Shown: piece after piece, positions 30,135-39,383 of the stretch | Layout of the letters: every line of letters starts with the position of its first letter | Position numbering within the stretch: position 1 is the first letter of the stretch | NCBI GenBank assembly: GCA_035274225.1 | Contig: DATEOK010000250.1 | Coordinates: 1,258-65,257 of the forward strand | Length of the DNA stretch: 64,000 nt | Reading direction: 5' to 3' | Origin: Dongiaceae bacterium | Lineage (GTDB): Bacteria; Pseudomonadota; Alphaproteobacteria; Dongiales; Dongiaceae | The notes under the pieces: model-generated | Database searches by the model: none | Told to the model about the DNA's origin: nothing | What the model saw: only the letters and a program-made list of their open reading frames with translations | Translations under genes and position numbers: made by a program

Positions 30135-31469
30135 ATGGCATTTCAGGGCCAGCAGGGTGAGGCGCGCAAGGCCTCGGCGGCGGAGGCGGCCGGCCTGGTC
30201 AAATCCGGCATGTGGCTGGATTGGGGTTTCGGACTGTGCCAGCCGGACAAGTTCGATGCGGCGCTGGCAGCGCGCAAGGACGAGCTTCAGGGCGTCAAGA
30301 TCCGCGTCTGCCTCAGCATGCGGCAGCGCCAGGTGCTGGAATGTGATCCTGACGGTACGCACTTCCAATGGTTCAACTGGCATTTCTCGGGCTACGACCG
30401 CAAGCACCACGACGCCGGGCGCTGCAACTACATCCCGATGAATTTCGGCGAGGTGCCGGACTGGTATCGCCGCTTCATCGACCCCTGCGACATCCTGGTG
30501 CTGAAGACCGCGCCGATGGACGAGAACGGTTTCTTCAATTTCGGCATGTCCTCGACCTATTCCTATGCCACCGCGGAGCGGGCGCGCTGTATCATCGTCG
30601 AGGTGTCGGAGCATGCCCCGGTGGTTTTCGGCGAGCAGAGCGCGATCCATGTCAGCCATGTCGACTACATCATCGACGAAGGCAGCGACCCGCTGCCGGA
30701 GCTGAAGAACCCGCCGGTCAGCGAGATCGACCGCAAGATCGCCGCCCTGATCGCCGCCGAGGTGGAGGACGGCGCCTGCCTGCAGATCGGCATCGGCGGC
30801 ATGCCGAACGCGGTCTGCTCCATGCTCCAGGAAGCGGGGGTCAAGGACCTCGGCATCCATACCGAGATGCTGGGCGATGGCCTGGTCGACCTGATCGAGG
30901 CCGGGCTCATCACCAACGCCCGCAAGCGGGTGAACCCGGGCAAGACCGTGTTCACCTTCGCCGGCGGCTCGCGCAAGCTCTACGACATCATCCACCGCAA
31001 CCAGGACATCCATGTCTATCCGGTGGACTACACCAACCTGCCGCACAACATCATGCAGAATGACAAGGTGGTGTCGATCAACAACACCACGCAGATCGAC
31101 CTGCAGGGCCAGGCCGCGTCCGAGAGCGCCGGAACGCGGCACATCAGCGGCACCGGCGGCCAACTGCAGTTCGTGCGCGGCGCCTATGCCTCGCACGGCG
31201 GCAAGAGCTTCATCTGCATGTCCTCGACGTACGACAAGAAGGGCGAGCCGCAGAGCCGCATCGTCTCCATGCTGACGCCGGGCAATATCGTCACCACGCC
31301 GCGGGTCGACACGATGTACGTGGCGACCGAGTACGGCATCGTGAACTTGAAGGGCAAGTCGGTGTCGGAGCGCGCCAAGGCGCTGATCTCGATCGCGCAC
31401 CCCAAGTTCCGCGAGCAGCTGGAGCGCGACGCGCGGGACAAGAACATCATCTGCAAGGGGTTTGTGTAA
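30135..31469 (+). CDS. Acetyl-CoA hydrolase/transferase family protein (4-hydroxybutyrate/butyryl CoA-transferase-like)
   Basis: 444 aa, with LQIGIGGMPNAV and ESAGTRHISGTGGQLQF motifs. A GGGAGG SD lies upstream. Confidence 0.85.
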   Translation: MAFQGQQGEARKASAAEAAGLVKSGMWLDWGFGLCQPDKFDAALAARKDELQGVKIRVCLSMRQRQVLECDPDGTHFQWFNWHFSGYDRKHHDAGRCNYIPMNFGEVPDWYRRFIDPCDILVLKTAPMDENGFFNFGMSSTYSYATAERARCIIVEVSEHAPVVFGEQSAIHVSHVDYIIDEGSDPLPELKNPPVSEIDRKIAALIAAEVEDGACLQIGIGGMPNAVCSMLQEAGVKDLGIHTEMLGDGLVDLIEAGLITNARKRVNPGKTVFTFAGGSRKLYDIIHRNQDIHVYPVDYTNLPHNIMQNDKVVSINNTTQIDLQGQAASESAGTRHISGTGGQLQFVRGAYASHGGKSFICMSSTYDKKGEPQSRIVSMLTPGNIVTTPRVDTMYVATEYGIVNLKGKSVSERAKALISIAHPKFREQLERDARDKNIICKGFV

Positions 31470-31493
31470 GAAGAACGATCCTCCAACCTATAA

Positions 31494-31793
31494 GTCCCCT
31501 TCCCTCCTTGCGGGGGAAGGATGCGTAGCCTTAGCGAGCGTCAGCGAGCTTAGGCTAAGCTGGATGGGGGGTAGCGCACCGATAGGTGCGCGTGCTCGCA
31601 AGAGCACAAAGACACAGGCGACAGCCAACCTTGCACCACGGAATCGCCATCGACGTGGCTTGCGGACAAATGAATCACCGCCGTTAGCGCTGCCGCGCTG
31701 CGCGCCTGGCGGCGCGACCCCCCATCCAGCTCCGGCTAAGCTCACTGCGTTCGCTAAGCCTGCGCATCCTTCCCCTGCAAGGGGGGAAGGGGA
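31494..31793. repeat. Type C composite palindromic element (MITE-like, about 300 bp), copy 2
   Basis: Its termini (CCTTGCGGGGGAAGGATGCGTAGCCTTAGCGAGCG...GGATGGGGGG and the inverted right arm) are closely similar to those of the copy at 25071-25328. Confidence 0.6.
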
Positions 31794-31814
31794 ATAATAA
31801 GGGGCCTGATCTCA

Positions 31815-32918
31815 TTGCCGGACCTTCCATTGCACAACTTCCTCCGCTCCCTCGCCACCCGCATCCCCGAGCTGCGTCTGGCCGTGCGTGTCACCACGGC
31901 GGCGGTGCTGGCGTTTGCGTTGGCGAAGCTGCTCGGCTTTGCGCACGGCTACTGGGCGGTCATCACGGCGATCATCGTGATGCAGACCAGCGTCGGCGGG
32001 TCGCTCAAGGCGGCGGTGGACCGGTTGCTCGGCACCATGGCGGGTGCGCTCTATGGCACGGCGGTTGCGCTGCTGATCCCGCACGGCACGACGGGCGAGC
32101 TGGCGAGCGCGATGGTGGCGGCGATCCTGCCGCTGGCGCTGCTGGCGGCAGTCAAGCCGGGCTTCAAGGTGGCGCCCGTCACTGCTTTCATCGTGCTGGT
32201 GCCGCTGTCCGGCGCGGCGTCGCCGCCGCTCACCTATGCGCTGGAACGGATCCTGGAGATCTCCATCGGCAGCGTGGTCGGGATTGCGACCGCGCTGCTG
32301 GTGTTACCGGCGCGGGCGCATCATAACCTGGCGCAGCTGGCGGCCAAGGCGGCCGACCTCAATGCCGCGCTGATGGTGTCCTTGTTCGAGGGCCTGACCA
32401 GCGACGCCGGCCGCCCGGGCCTGCGCGCGCAGCACGCGGCGGTCCGCAAGGCGCTGGCACAAGCGGATGTGGCGGTCGAGGAGGCGGTGCGCGAGCGCAA
32501 GAGCTGGCTCACCGATTTGCCCGACCCAGAGCCTCTGGTGCGTTCGCTCTACCGGTTGCGCCACGACCTCGTGATGGTCGGCCGCGCCACCGCGAAGCCG
32601 CTGCCGGACGTGCTGGCCCCGCGCCTCTCGCCCAGGCTGATGGACGTGCGCGATGCCGGCAGCAGCTTGCTGCGCGCGATGGCGGAGGCGCTGCGCATGC
32701 GCAAGACCGCGCCCAGCCTGGAGCCGCTGGAGACCGCCTTGCGCGACTATGTCGCCGAGATGGACGCGGTGTGGAAGGACAAGATGACCCAGGCCCTCGC
32801 GGCCGACGATGCCGGCCGCATTTTCGCTTTGCGCTTCGCCCTCGACCAGATGATCCAGGATTGCCGCGACCTCGCCAACCGCATCAACGAACTGGCCGGC
32901 AGCAAGGCCGCCGCATAA
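31815..32918 (+). CDS. FUSC-family (aromatic acid exporter-like) membrane protein
   Basis: The N-terminal half is hydrophobic, with GYWAVITAIIVMQ. The C-terminal half is soluble and helical. TTG start. Confidence 0.7.
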   Translation: MPDLPLHNFLRSLATRIPELRLAVRVTTAAVLAFALAKLLGFAHGYWAVITAIIVMQTSVGGSLKAAVDRLLGTMAGALYGTAVALLIPHGTTGELASAMVAAILPLALLAAVKPGFKVAPVTAFIVLVPLSGAASPPLTYALERILEISIGSVVGIATALLVLPARAHHNLAQLAAKAADLNAALMVSLFEGLTSDAGRPGLRAQHAAVRKALAQADVAVEEAVRERKSWLTDLPDPEPLVRSLYRLRHDLVMVGRATAKPLPDVLAPRLSPRLMDVRDAGSSLLRAMAEALRMRKTAPSLEPLETALRDYVAEMDAVWKDKMTQALAADDAGRIFALRFALDQMIQDCRDLANRINELAGSKAAA

Positions 32919-33001
32919 TCATCACGAAGGGGCCGCGTTCGCGCCCCGCCGCCGCCACACCCGTCGCGCCAAATCCCACCGCAGCCAGTGCGGAGGGGAC
33001 C

Positions 33002-34543
33002 ATGCGCATCCTGTTGATCAATCCAGGCCATCCGTCGATCGGCAGCCGCATCCCGGACGATCATCTGCCGCCGCTCGGCCTGCTCTCGGTCGGCGGGCCG
33101 CTGATCGACGACGGGCATACGGTCAGGCTGCTGGATGCCGAGTTCGGGCCGATGCCGGTCGGCGACATCGTGGCGGAAGCAGCGGCGTTCGCGCCGGATG
33201 CGGTGCTGGTCGGCCATTCCGGCTCGACCTCCGGCCATCCCGGCGCGGTCGAACTGTTCCGCGCGATCCGCGCCCATCTGCCGTCCTGCAGGATCATCTA
33301 TGGCGGCGTGTTCCCGACCTATCACTGGCGCGAGGTGCTAGTCGAGGTGCCAGAGGTCGACGTGGTGGTGCGCGGCGAGGGCGAGGAGACGGCGCGCAAG
33401 CTGATGCGCGCGCTGGAGAACGGCCGCGCGCTGATGGACGTGCCGGGCATCGCCTATCGCATGGGCGACCGGCCGTTCGCGACGCTGCCGGCGCTTGCCA
33501 TCCGCGATCTCGACGCCTATCGCGTCGGCTGGGAGCTGATCGACTTCGCGCGCTATTCCTACTGGGGCGGCAAGCGCGCGGTGGTGGTGCAGTTCTCGCG
33601 CGGCTGCCCGCATCTGTGCAACTACTGCGGCCAGCGCGGCTTCTGGACCCGCTGGCGCCACCGCGATCCGGTGCGCTTTGCACAGGAGATCGCGCGGCTG
33701 CACCGCGAGCACGGCGTCGAGGTGTTCAATTTCGCCGACGAGAACCCGACGGTGTCGCGCAACGCCTGGAAGGCGTTCCTCGAGGCGCTGATCGCCGAGC
33801 AGGTGAAGGTGATCCTGGTCGGCTCGACCCGCGCCGACGACATCGTGCGCGATGGAGACCTGTTGCCGCTCTACAAGCAGGCCGGCTGGCAACGCTTCCT
33901 GCTCGGCATAGAGAATACCGACGACGCAACCCTGAAGCTGATCCGCAAGGGCGGCAGCACCACCACCGACCGCGAGGCGATCCGCCTGATGCGGCAGAAC
34001 GGAATCCTCTCGATGGCGACCTGGGTGGTCGGCTTCGAGGAGGAGCGCGACAAGGACTACTGGCGGGGCTTGAAGCAGCTGCTGGCCTACGATCCCGACC
34101 AGATCCAGATGCTCTATGTCACACCGCACCGCTGGACGCCCTACTTCCGCATCGCCGCGCCGCGCCGCGTGATCCAACTCGACCGGCGGCGCTGGGACTA
34201 CAAGCACCAGGTGCTGGCGACGCGTTTCGTGCCGCCGTGGCGCGTGCTGCTGTGGGTGAAGCTGACCGAAGCGATCCTGCAGGGCCGGCCGAAGGCGTTC
34301 TACCGCACCTTCCTGCAGCGCGACCGCGGCCTGCGCCACGCCATGCAATGGTACAGCCGCATGGGCAAGCGGGTGTGGCCGTACGAGATCAAGAACTTCC
34401 TGTTCCGCGACCGCCGCACCGAGAGCGGGCCGACCGTCCAGGAATACTGGGGCGCGCCGCAGGACGCGGAGGAAGAGGCGCTGCGGCCGGTGCCGACCGC
34501 CAAGACGGCCAGACGCGATGCTGTTGACGTGAGCGCCGCCTGA
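33002..34543 (+). CDS. B12-binding-domain radical SAM protein (class B, BchE/HpnP-like architecture)
   Basis: An N-terminal Rossmann-like B12 domain (RILLINPG...PPLGLLSVGG) is followed by a radical SAM CxxxCxxC motif in FSRGCPHLCNYCGQ. A GGAGGGG SD lies upstream. Confidence 0.8.
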   Translation: MRILLINPGHPSIGSRIPDDHLPPLGLLSVGGPLIDDGHTVRLLDAEFGPMPVGDIVAEAAAFAPDAVLVGHSGSTSGHPGAVELFRAIRAHLPSCRIIYGGVFPTYHWREVLVEVPEVDVVVRGEGEETARKLMRALENGRALMDVPGIAYRMGDRPFATLPALAIRDLDAYRVGWELIDFARYSYWGGKRAVVVQFSRGCPHLCNYCGQRGFWTRWRHRDPVRFAQEIARLHREHGVEVFNFADENPTVSRNAWKAFLEALIAEQVKVILVGSTRADDIVRDGDLLPLYKQAGWQRFLLGIENTDDATLKLIRKGGSTTTDREAIRLMRQNGILSMATWVVGFEEERDKDYWRGLKQLLAYDPDQIQMLYVTPHRWTPYFRIAAPRRVIQLDRRRWDYKHQVLATRFVPPWRVLLWVKLTEAILQGRPKAFYRTFLQRDRGLRHAMQWYSRMGKRVWPYEIKNFLFRDRRTESGPTVQEYWGAPQDAEEEALRPVPTAKTARRDAVDVSAA

Positions 34544-34559
34544 TGGCACTGCATCGGGC

Positions 34560-34979
34560 ATGACTGACAAGCCCCTGCCGCTCGGAGAGATCAGCTCGTA
34601 CCACGCCCACATCTACTACGATCCGGGCGAGGAGCGGGTGCGGGCGGAGCGGCTGCGCGCCCTGATCGGCGAGCGGTTCGTGGCGCGGATCGGGGCCTGG
34701 CACGACGCGCTGGTGGGGCCGCACCTCAAGGGCATGTATCAGGTGGCGTTCGCGGTCGAGCTGTTCCCGCGTTTCGTCCCGTGGCTGATGCTGAACCGGA
34801 TGGGGCTGTCGATCCTGGTCCATCCCAACACGCGGCGGCCGCGCGACGATCATACGGTCTACCCGCTGTGGCTGGGCGAACGCCTGCCGGTGAAGGAGGA
34901 AATCCTGCCGGTGGAGGTCGCGCCGGCGGAGGTGGAAAAGCTGCCGCCGCCCAACACCAGTCCGACCCTGCAGCCCTGA
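34560..34979 (+). CDS. DOPA 4,5-dioxygenase family (PF08883-like) protein
   Basis: It has the N-terminal YHAHIYYD motif and is small (139 aa). It starts 16 nt after the radical SAM gene stop. Confidence 0.6.
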   Translation: MTDKPLPLGEISSYHAHIYYDPGEERVRAERLRALIGERFVARIGAWHDALVGPHLKGMYQVAFAVELFPRFVPWLMLNRMGLSILVHPNTRRPRDDHTVYPLWLGERLPVKEEILPVEVAPAEVEKLPPPNTSPTLQP

Positions 34980-35101
34980 TTGTTGGCACCGATTGTTTAC
35001 TGGACGTGAACAATGAAGTCCGGCCGCCGGCCATTCTGCCTGGGGCTGCGCGGCCCATATAAATGGCCTAGGTTAGCCTACCTTTCTGAAGGGAAGAGAT
35101 C

Positions 35102-35971
35102 ATGGGTCAGGTGAAAATTGTGTCCACGCCCACTGCCGAGCGCCGGGTCGTCACCACGATCCGCGGCCGCGCCGCCAGCGATGGCGCGGGCGTCAAGCTG
35201 ACGCGCGTCATCGGCCAGCCGGCGTTGCCGGACCTCGACCCGTTCCTGATGCTGGACGAGTTCGGCTCCGACAAGGGCGCCGACTATATCGGCGGCTTCC
35301 CGGATCATCCGCATCGCGGGTTCGAGACCGTGACCTACATGCTCGCCGGGCGCATGCGCCATGGCGACAACCAGGGCAATGTCGGCCTGCTGCGCCCCGG
35401 CTCGGTGCAGTGGATGACCGCCGGCCGCGGCATCATCCATTCCGAGATGCCGGAGCAGGAGGAAGGGCTGATGCAGGGCTTCCAGCTCTGGGTCAACCTG
35501 CCGGCCAAGGACAAGATGGTGAAGCCGCGCTACCAGGACATTGACCCGGAAAAGGTCCCGGTGGTCGAGCGGCCGGACGGCACCAGGGTGAAGGTGCTGG
35601 TCGGCTCCTTCGACGGCGTCGGCGGCCCGGTCACCGACGTCGCGACCGATCCGCTCTATCTCGACATCACGCTGCCCGCCGGCGTGAAGGCGAGCGTGCT
35701 GGTCGAGGCGGAGCACAACGCCTTCGCCTACGTGTTCGAAGGCACTGCGCGGATCGGCGCCGAAGCGCAGCTGGTGGACCGCGGCCAGCTCGCCGTGCTG
35801 AGCCTCGGCGACGGCGTCACGGTCGAAGGCGGGCCGAAGGGCGGACGCCTGATCCTGGTCGCCGGCCGGCCGCTGCGCGAGCCGGTGGCGAAATACGGGC
35901 CGTTCGTGATGAACACGCCCGACGAGATCCGCCAGGCGATCGCGGACTACCAGGCGGGGCGCTTCGTCTAG
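35102..35971 (+). CDS. Pirin family protein
   Basis: It contains FPDHPHRGFETVTYML and has the bicupin length (289 aa). Confidence 0.9.
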   Translation: MGQVKIVSTPTAERRVVTTIRGRAASDGAGVKLTRVIGQPALPDLDPFLMLDEFGSDKGADYIGGFPDHPHRGFETVTYMLAGRMRHGDNQGNVGLLRPGSVQWMTAGRGIIHSEMPEQEEGLMQGFQLWVNLPAKDKMVKPRYQDIDPEKVPVVERPDGTRVKVLVGSFDGVGGPVTDVATDPLYLDITLPAGVKASVLVEAEHNAFAYVFEGTARIGAEAQLVDRGQLAVLSLGDGVTVEGGPKGGRLILVAGRPLREPVAKYGPFVMNTPDEIRQAIADYQAGRFV

Positions 35972-36074
35972 CCTCTGACGACGGCGGGGCGGCGATCGCT
36001 GCCGCGCCGCTCTCGTCTCCCTGTATCGCCGATGTTATTCTGATGCCTTGAAGACCGGAGAGGGGGACGCGCCT

Positions 36075-36992
36075 ATGGGCGCCTGGGGCGGCGGGCTTTA
36101 CGACGGCGACTTTGCACTCGATCTCAAGGCGACCATCAAGGGCGTGCTGCGCGCACCGATGACCGACGACGAGGTCGTGGCCGAGCTCTGGACTTCGTAC
36201 GGCGAGCGCGCAGGCGAGCAGGATGCGCTGGACTATTGGCTGGTGCTCGCCGACCAGCTGGAGCGCTGCGGCATGCGGCGGCCGGAGGTCTTCGATCGCG
36301 CTATCGCAATCATCGAGGCTGGCGAGGACCTCGCCATGCTCAAGGAACTGGACGCCGAGCCGCAGACCATCGCCGAGCGGCGCAAGGCAACGGAAAAGCT
36401 GCTGGCGCGGCTGCGCGATCCGCGCCCGCCGAAGAAGCGCCGGCCGCTGAAAGCGCCGCAGCCGTTGCTGCTCGAACCCGGCGAGGCGCTGACCTGGCCG
36501 ACCGACGGCGGCGACGCGATCAATCCGTACGTGGCCGAGGACCAGCTGTGGAAGCTCGGCGGCTTCAACCAGGACGGCTGGGGCTTCGGCATCGTCACCG
36601 AAGCCGGCCACCACTATCAGGTGCTCGCCTACTATGCCGTGGTGCTGCTGAAATGGCGCCGGCCGGAACGGCCGTCGCCCGAGCTTGCCGTGCATCTTGT
36701 AAGGTCAGCCCACCGTTACGGCACGCTCTGTGAGCTGCACATGAAGCGCGTCCGGCTCGAGCGGATTGGGCGCGCACCGGACGCGGCACTGGGCACGCCG
36801 CCGGAGCCGGAGGCGGCGCGCAAAAGCTCGCGCCGTGCTGCGCTCGAAGACATCTCGCTTGCCGCCATGCTCGGCCTGGATGCGTGGAACAGCACCATCT
36901 GGCCGGGCCTCAAGTTTCCGGTCCCTGCGCCCTCGGGCACGCCGCTCGACCCGGACGAGCCCGACCAGCGCCCGGACCCCAAGAAGGCGTGA
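36075..36992 (+). CDS. Hypothetical protein with a DUF4259-like N-terminus
   Basis: The N-terminus is MGAWGGGLYDGDFALD. An SD (GGAGAGGGGGA) lies before the ATG at 36075. The remainder is unrecognised. Confidence 0.5.
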   Translation: MGAWGGGLYDGDFALDLKATIKGVLRAPMTDDEVVAELWTSYGERAGEQDALDYWLVLADQLERCGMRRPEVFDRAIAIIEAGEDLAMLKELDAEPQTIAERRKATEKLLARLRDPRPPKKRRPLKAPQPLLLEPGEALTWPTDGGDAINPYVAEDQLWKLGGFNQDGWGFGIVTEAGHHYQVLAYYAVVLLKWRRPERPSPELAVHLVRSAHRYGTLCELHMKRVRLERIGRAPDAALGTPPEPEAARKSSRRAALEDISLAAMLGLDAWNSTIWPGLKFPVPAPSGTPLDPDEPDQRPDPKKA

Positions 36993-37045
36993 CTCGCCCG
37001 CTCCAGGGACGGTTACGTCTCGGACGGTCGCACTCCGAAACCGCT

Positions 37046-37639
37046 CTAGATATCGAGCACGAAATCGTACCGGCCCATGTTCGGGCCGCGGCCCAATGGG
37101 ATATCCAGCAAGAGCGCGGGACTGAAGATGCTGTCGGCTTCGTTCCCCGGCTCGCCCGGAAAATAGAGCTGGGTGGTGAGGATGCTGCGGGCCGGCGCCT
37201 GCACCTTGATGTGGTAGTGGCGGGTGCGGCCGGGATACTTGCCGGGGACGATGGTCTCGAACACGAAGCGACCCTGTGCGTCGCTGAACTGGTGGCCGCG
37301 CAGGCGGTAGCCTTGATTGTCGTATTCGCCGGCGGCGTCGCAATGCCACAGATCAAGCAGCGCGCGGTCGACCGGCCGGCAGCTGCGGTCGAGCACGAAG
37401 CCGGCGAGGGCGATGCGCTCGCCCGCCATGCCATCCTCGAGCAGATTGGTGCGCTCCGGCGAATTGGGCGTGAAATACGGGCCTTCGGTCTGGCGTGGCG
37501 TTGGCTCGTCGCCGTCGCTGCATTGTGACGTCACCGGGAGCAGATCCTGTTGCGCGTGGGACTGCCGCAGGGCCAGCCCGGCGAAAATTCCCACTGCGCC
37601 AACGCCGAGCAGGCCGCGGCGTGAAAATGGATGATGCAT
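37046..37639 (-). CDS. Tat-exported intradiol ring-cleavage dioxygenase family protein
   Basis: Twin-arginine signal SRRGLLGVG is present. TEGPYF and GRTRHYHIKV motifs are typical of the dioxygenase_C domain. Confidence 0.75.
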   Translation of the reverse strand: MHHPFSRRGLLGVGAVGIFAGLALRQSHAQQDLLPVTSQCSDGDEPTPRQTEGPYFTPNSPERTNLLEDGMAGERIALAGFVLDRSCRPVDRALLDLWHCDAAGEYDNQGYRLRGHQFSDAQGRFVFETIVPGKYPGRTRHYHIKVQAPARSILTTQLYFPGEPGNEADSIFSPALLLDIPLGRGPNMGRYDFVLDI

Positions 37640-37919
37640 TTGAACAATGTGCTCTTGCAGTTGCTGGCCTTCAACGCGGTCGACGCGACAATCCTTCGAA
37701 CGACAGTCGCGGATGCTCCATCAGACGTCGTCGGCAGACCGTCTAAAAACCATTTAGTCTGCTATGCTGAACATACTAGCCCAAATACTCACCGGCATCA
37801 GCAATAGGACCAAACGACCGCAAATGTGGTCCAGCGGTGAGTGGGGTATCGATTGGATACTAGTGGAGACGGGACAGGAGCGTCCATGCCTTCGGGTATG
37901 CCGGCGAGGGGGTCCTGCT

Positions 37920-38174
37920 TTGCTTACGGCCATCGTTCTGATCTGCTCGGTTCTTACGACCCCAAACCTGCGCGACTGCGATGAAACGAATGCGCGGGTG
38001 CTGATGGTCGTGCCTGAGGAGTTCGCTAGTCCGATTACATGTGCGATGCACGGCCAGGCCTATGTTGCAGGAACGGCGATCGGACGAAGCCTGGCAGAGA
38101 GTGATCGCATCAAGGTCGTCTGCCGACCGCGGCAACCAACCGTGCCGTCGATTGCAGAGCGCGATCGCGAGTAG
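37920..38174 (+). CDS. Small putative exported protein (84 aa)
   Basis: The TTG at 37920 lies 7 nt after GAGGGGG. The N-terminus is hydrophobic (LTAIVLICSVLT) and there are 4 Cys. It lies in a lower-GC patch. Weak call. Confidence 0.3.
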   Translation: MLTAIVLICSVLTTPNLRDCDETNARVLMVVPEEFASPITCAMHGQAYVAGTAIGRSLAESDRIKVVCRPRQPTVPSIAERDRE

Positions 38175-38233
38175 TCAGATCAAGTTCGAAACGCGCCGCA
38201 GATTGAACAACAGCTCGACGGGTTGGTTGCCCG

Positions 38234-38992
38234 CTACTCCGCCACGCTCTTCTGCTCGGCCGGGAAGGCGTAAGTGTAGACGTGGCGCTGCACGTCGCTC
38301 AAATGGCGGTACATGGTTTCGAACGCGCGCTCGCTGTTGCGCGCGGCGATCGCCTCGTAGATCTCCTGGTGCGAGGCGCTGTGCACCGATTGGCGCTTGA
38401 AGCAGTGCGCGTTCTCGCTGAGCCGGCGCCAGGTGGCGTCGCGCCGGCTGGCGCTGAGCGTGTCGAACAGGGACAGGAACAGCGCATTGCGCGCGGCCTC
38501 AGCGACGGCGCGGTGGAACTTCTCGTCGGCTTTCTCGTAGACCGCGGGGTCGGTTGCTTCCCGGGTCTCGGACACCAGCAACTGCAGGCGGCGGATGTCG
38601 GCCTGGGACGCGCGCAAGGCGGCGAGGCGCGCGATCACCGGCTCGACCGCCAGACGGACCTCGATCACTTCCAGCGGATTGGTGAATTCCAGGATGCGGT
38701 CGAACGGAATTGCAGATATGGCCGAGGCGACGGCGAGATCGCTATCGCGGGGGCGCAGCACCGTCGCGGTGGCGACCGGCGTCGACTTGTCCTGCACGAA
38801 GGTGCCGCGGCCCTGATGGCGGGTGATCTGCCCTTCCTGCTCCAGGATCTCCAGCGCGCGGCGCAGGGAGCGGCGGCCGACTCCCATCTCGTTAGCCAGG
38901 GTCCGCTCCGGCGGAATGCGTCCGCCGGCGAGCCCGCCGCTCGCGATCAGCTGCCGGAGCTTGGTCAGGGTCTGGTCTGCGTGCTGCAACAT
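38234..38992 (-). CDS. GntR family (FCD type) transcriptional regulator
   Basis: The HTH region IPPERTLANEMGVGRRSLRRALEILEQEG is present. It is divergent from the bicupin operon. Start at the ATG at 38992. Confidence 0.85.
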   Translation of the reverse strand: MLQHADQTLTKLRQLIASGGLAGGRIPPERTLANEMGVGRRSLRRALEILEQEGQITRHQGRGTFVQDKSTPVATATVLRPRDSDLAVASAISAIPFDRILEFTNPLEVIEVRLAVEPVIARLAALRASQADIRRLQLLVSETREATDPAVYEKADEKFHRAVAEAARNALFLSLFDTLSASRRDATWRRLSENAHCFKRQSVHSASHQEIYEAIAARNSERAFETMYRHLSDVQRHVYTYAFPAEQKSVAE

Positions 38993-39334
38993 GGATAGCC
39001 CCTTGTCCGCCAGTCCCGTAAGACCGATTGGTCTCACTTCGTTCGCCGGGCCGGGAACCATACCATGTGCGCAGCATGAGCCACGTTTATTGGTCCCGGT
39101 ATGGTGCAAGCCCGCGCATGCAAGGCGAATACACGCATCTTGCGGCGCAATTCGGTTGCTGTAAACCTTTCATTGCAGCGCTTGCCGGGGAAAAACGCAG
39201 AAAACGCGCGGAAACGTTTCGTCAGCACTTCACATTTTCCGGGACCAACGTAGTGCGGCTCTGCCTCGAATGGATCGCAGTTGACGGCGCTTGAGCGGAA
39301 TGGTTACGCTGTGGACCAAAGAATGACGCGGAGC

Positions 39335-39359
39335 GGGACCAATTGCGGCTGATTGGTTC
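39335..39359. promoter_or_regulatory. Candidate GntR operator (imperfect palindrome GGGACCAAT-N8-ATTGGTTCG)
   Basis: It lies 25-50 nt upstream of the bicupin ATG. The same ATTGGTC / GACCAAT word recurs at 39021-39034, 39089-39097, 39241-39249 and 39312-39320, and in the 52785-52898 divergent promoter. Confidence 0.35.
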
Positions 39360-39383
39360 GCGGCCGCGAAGCGGAGGGGGCGG

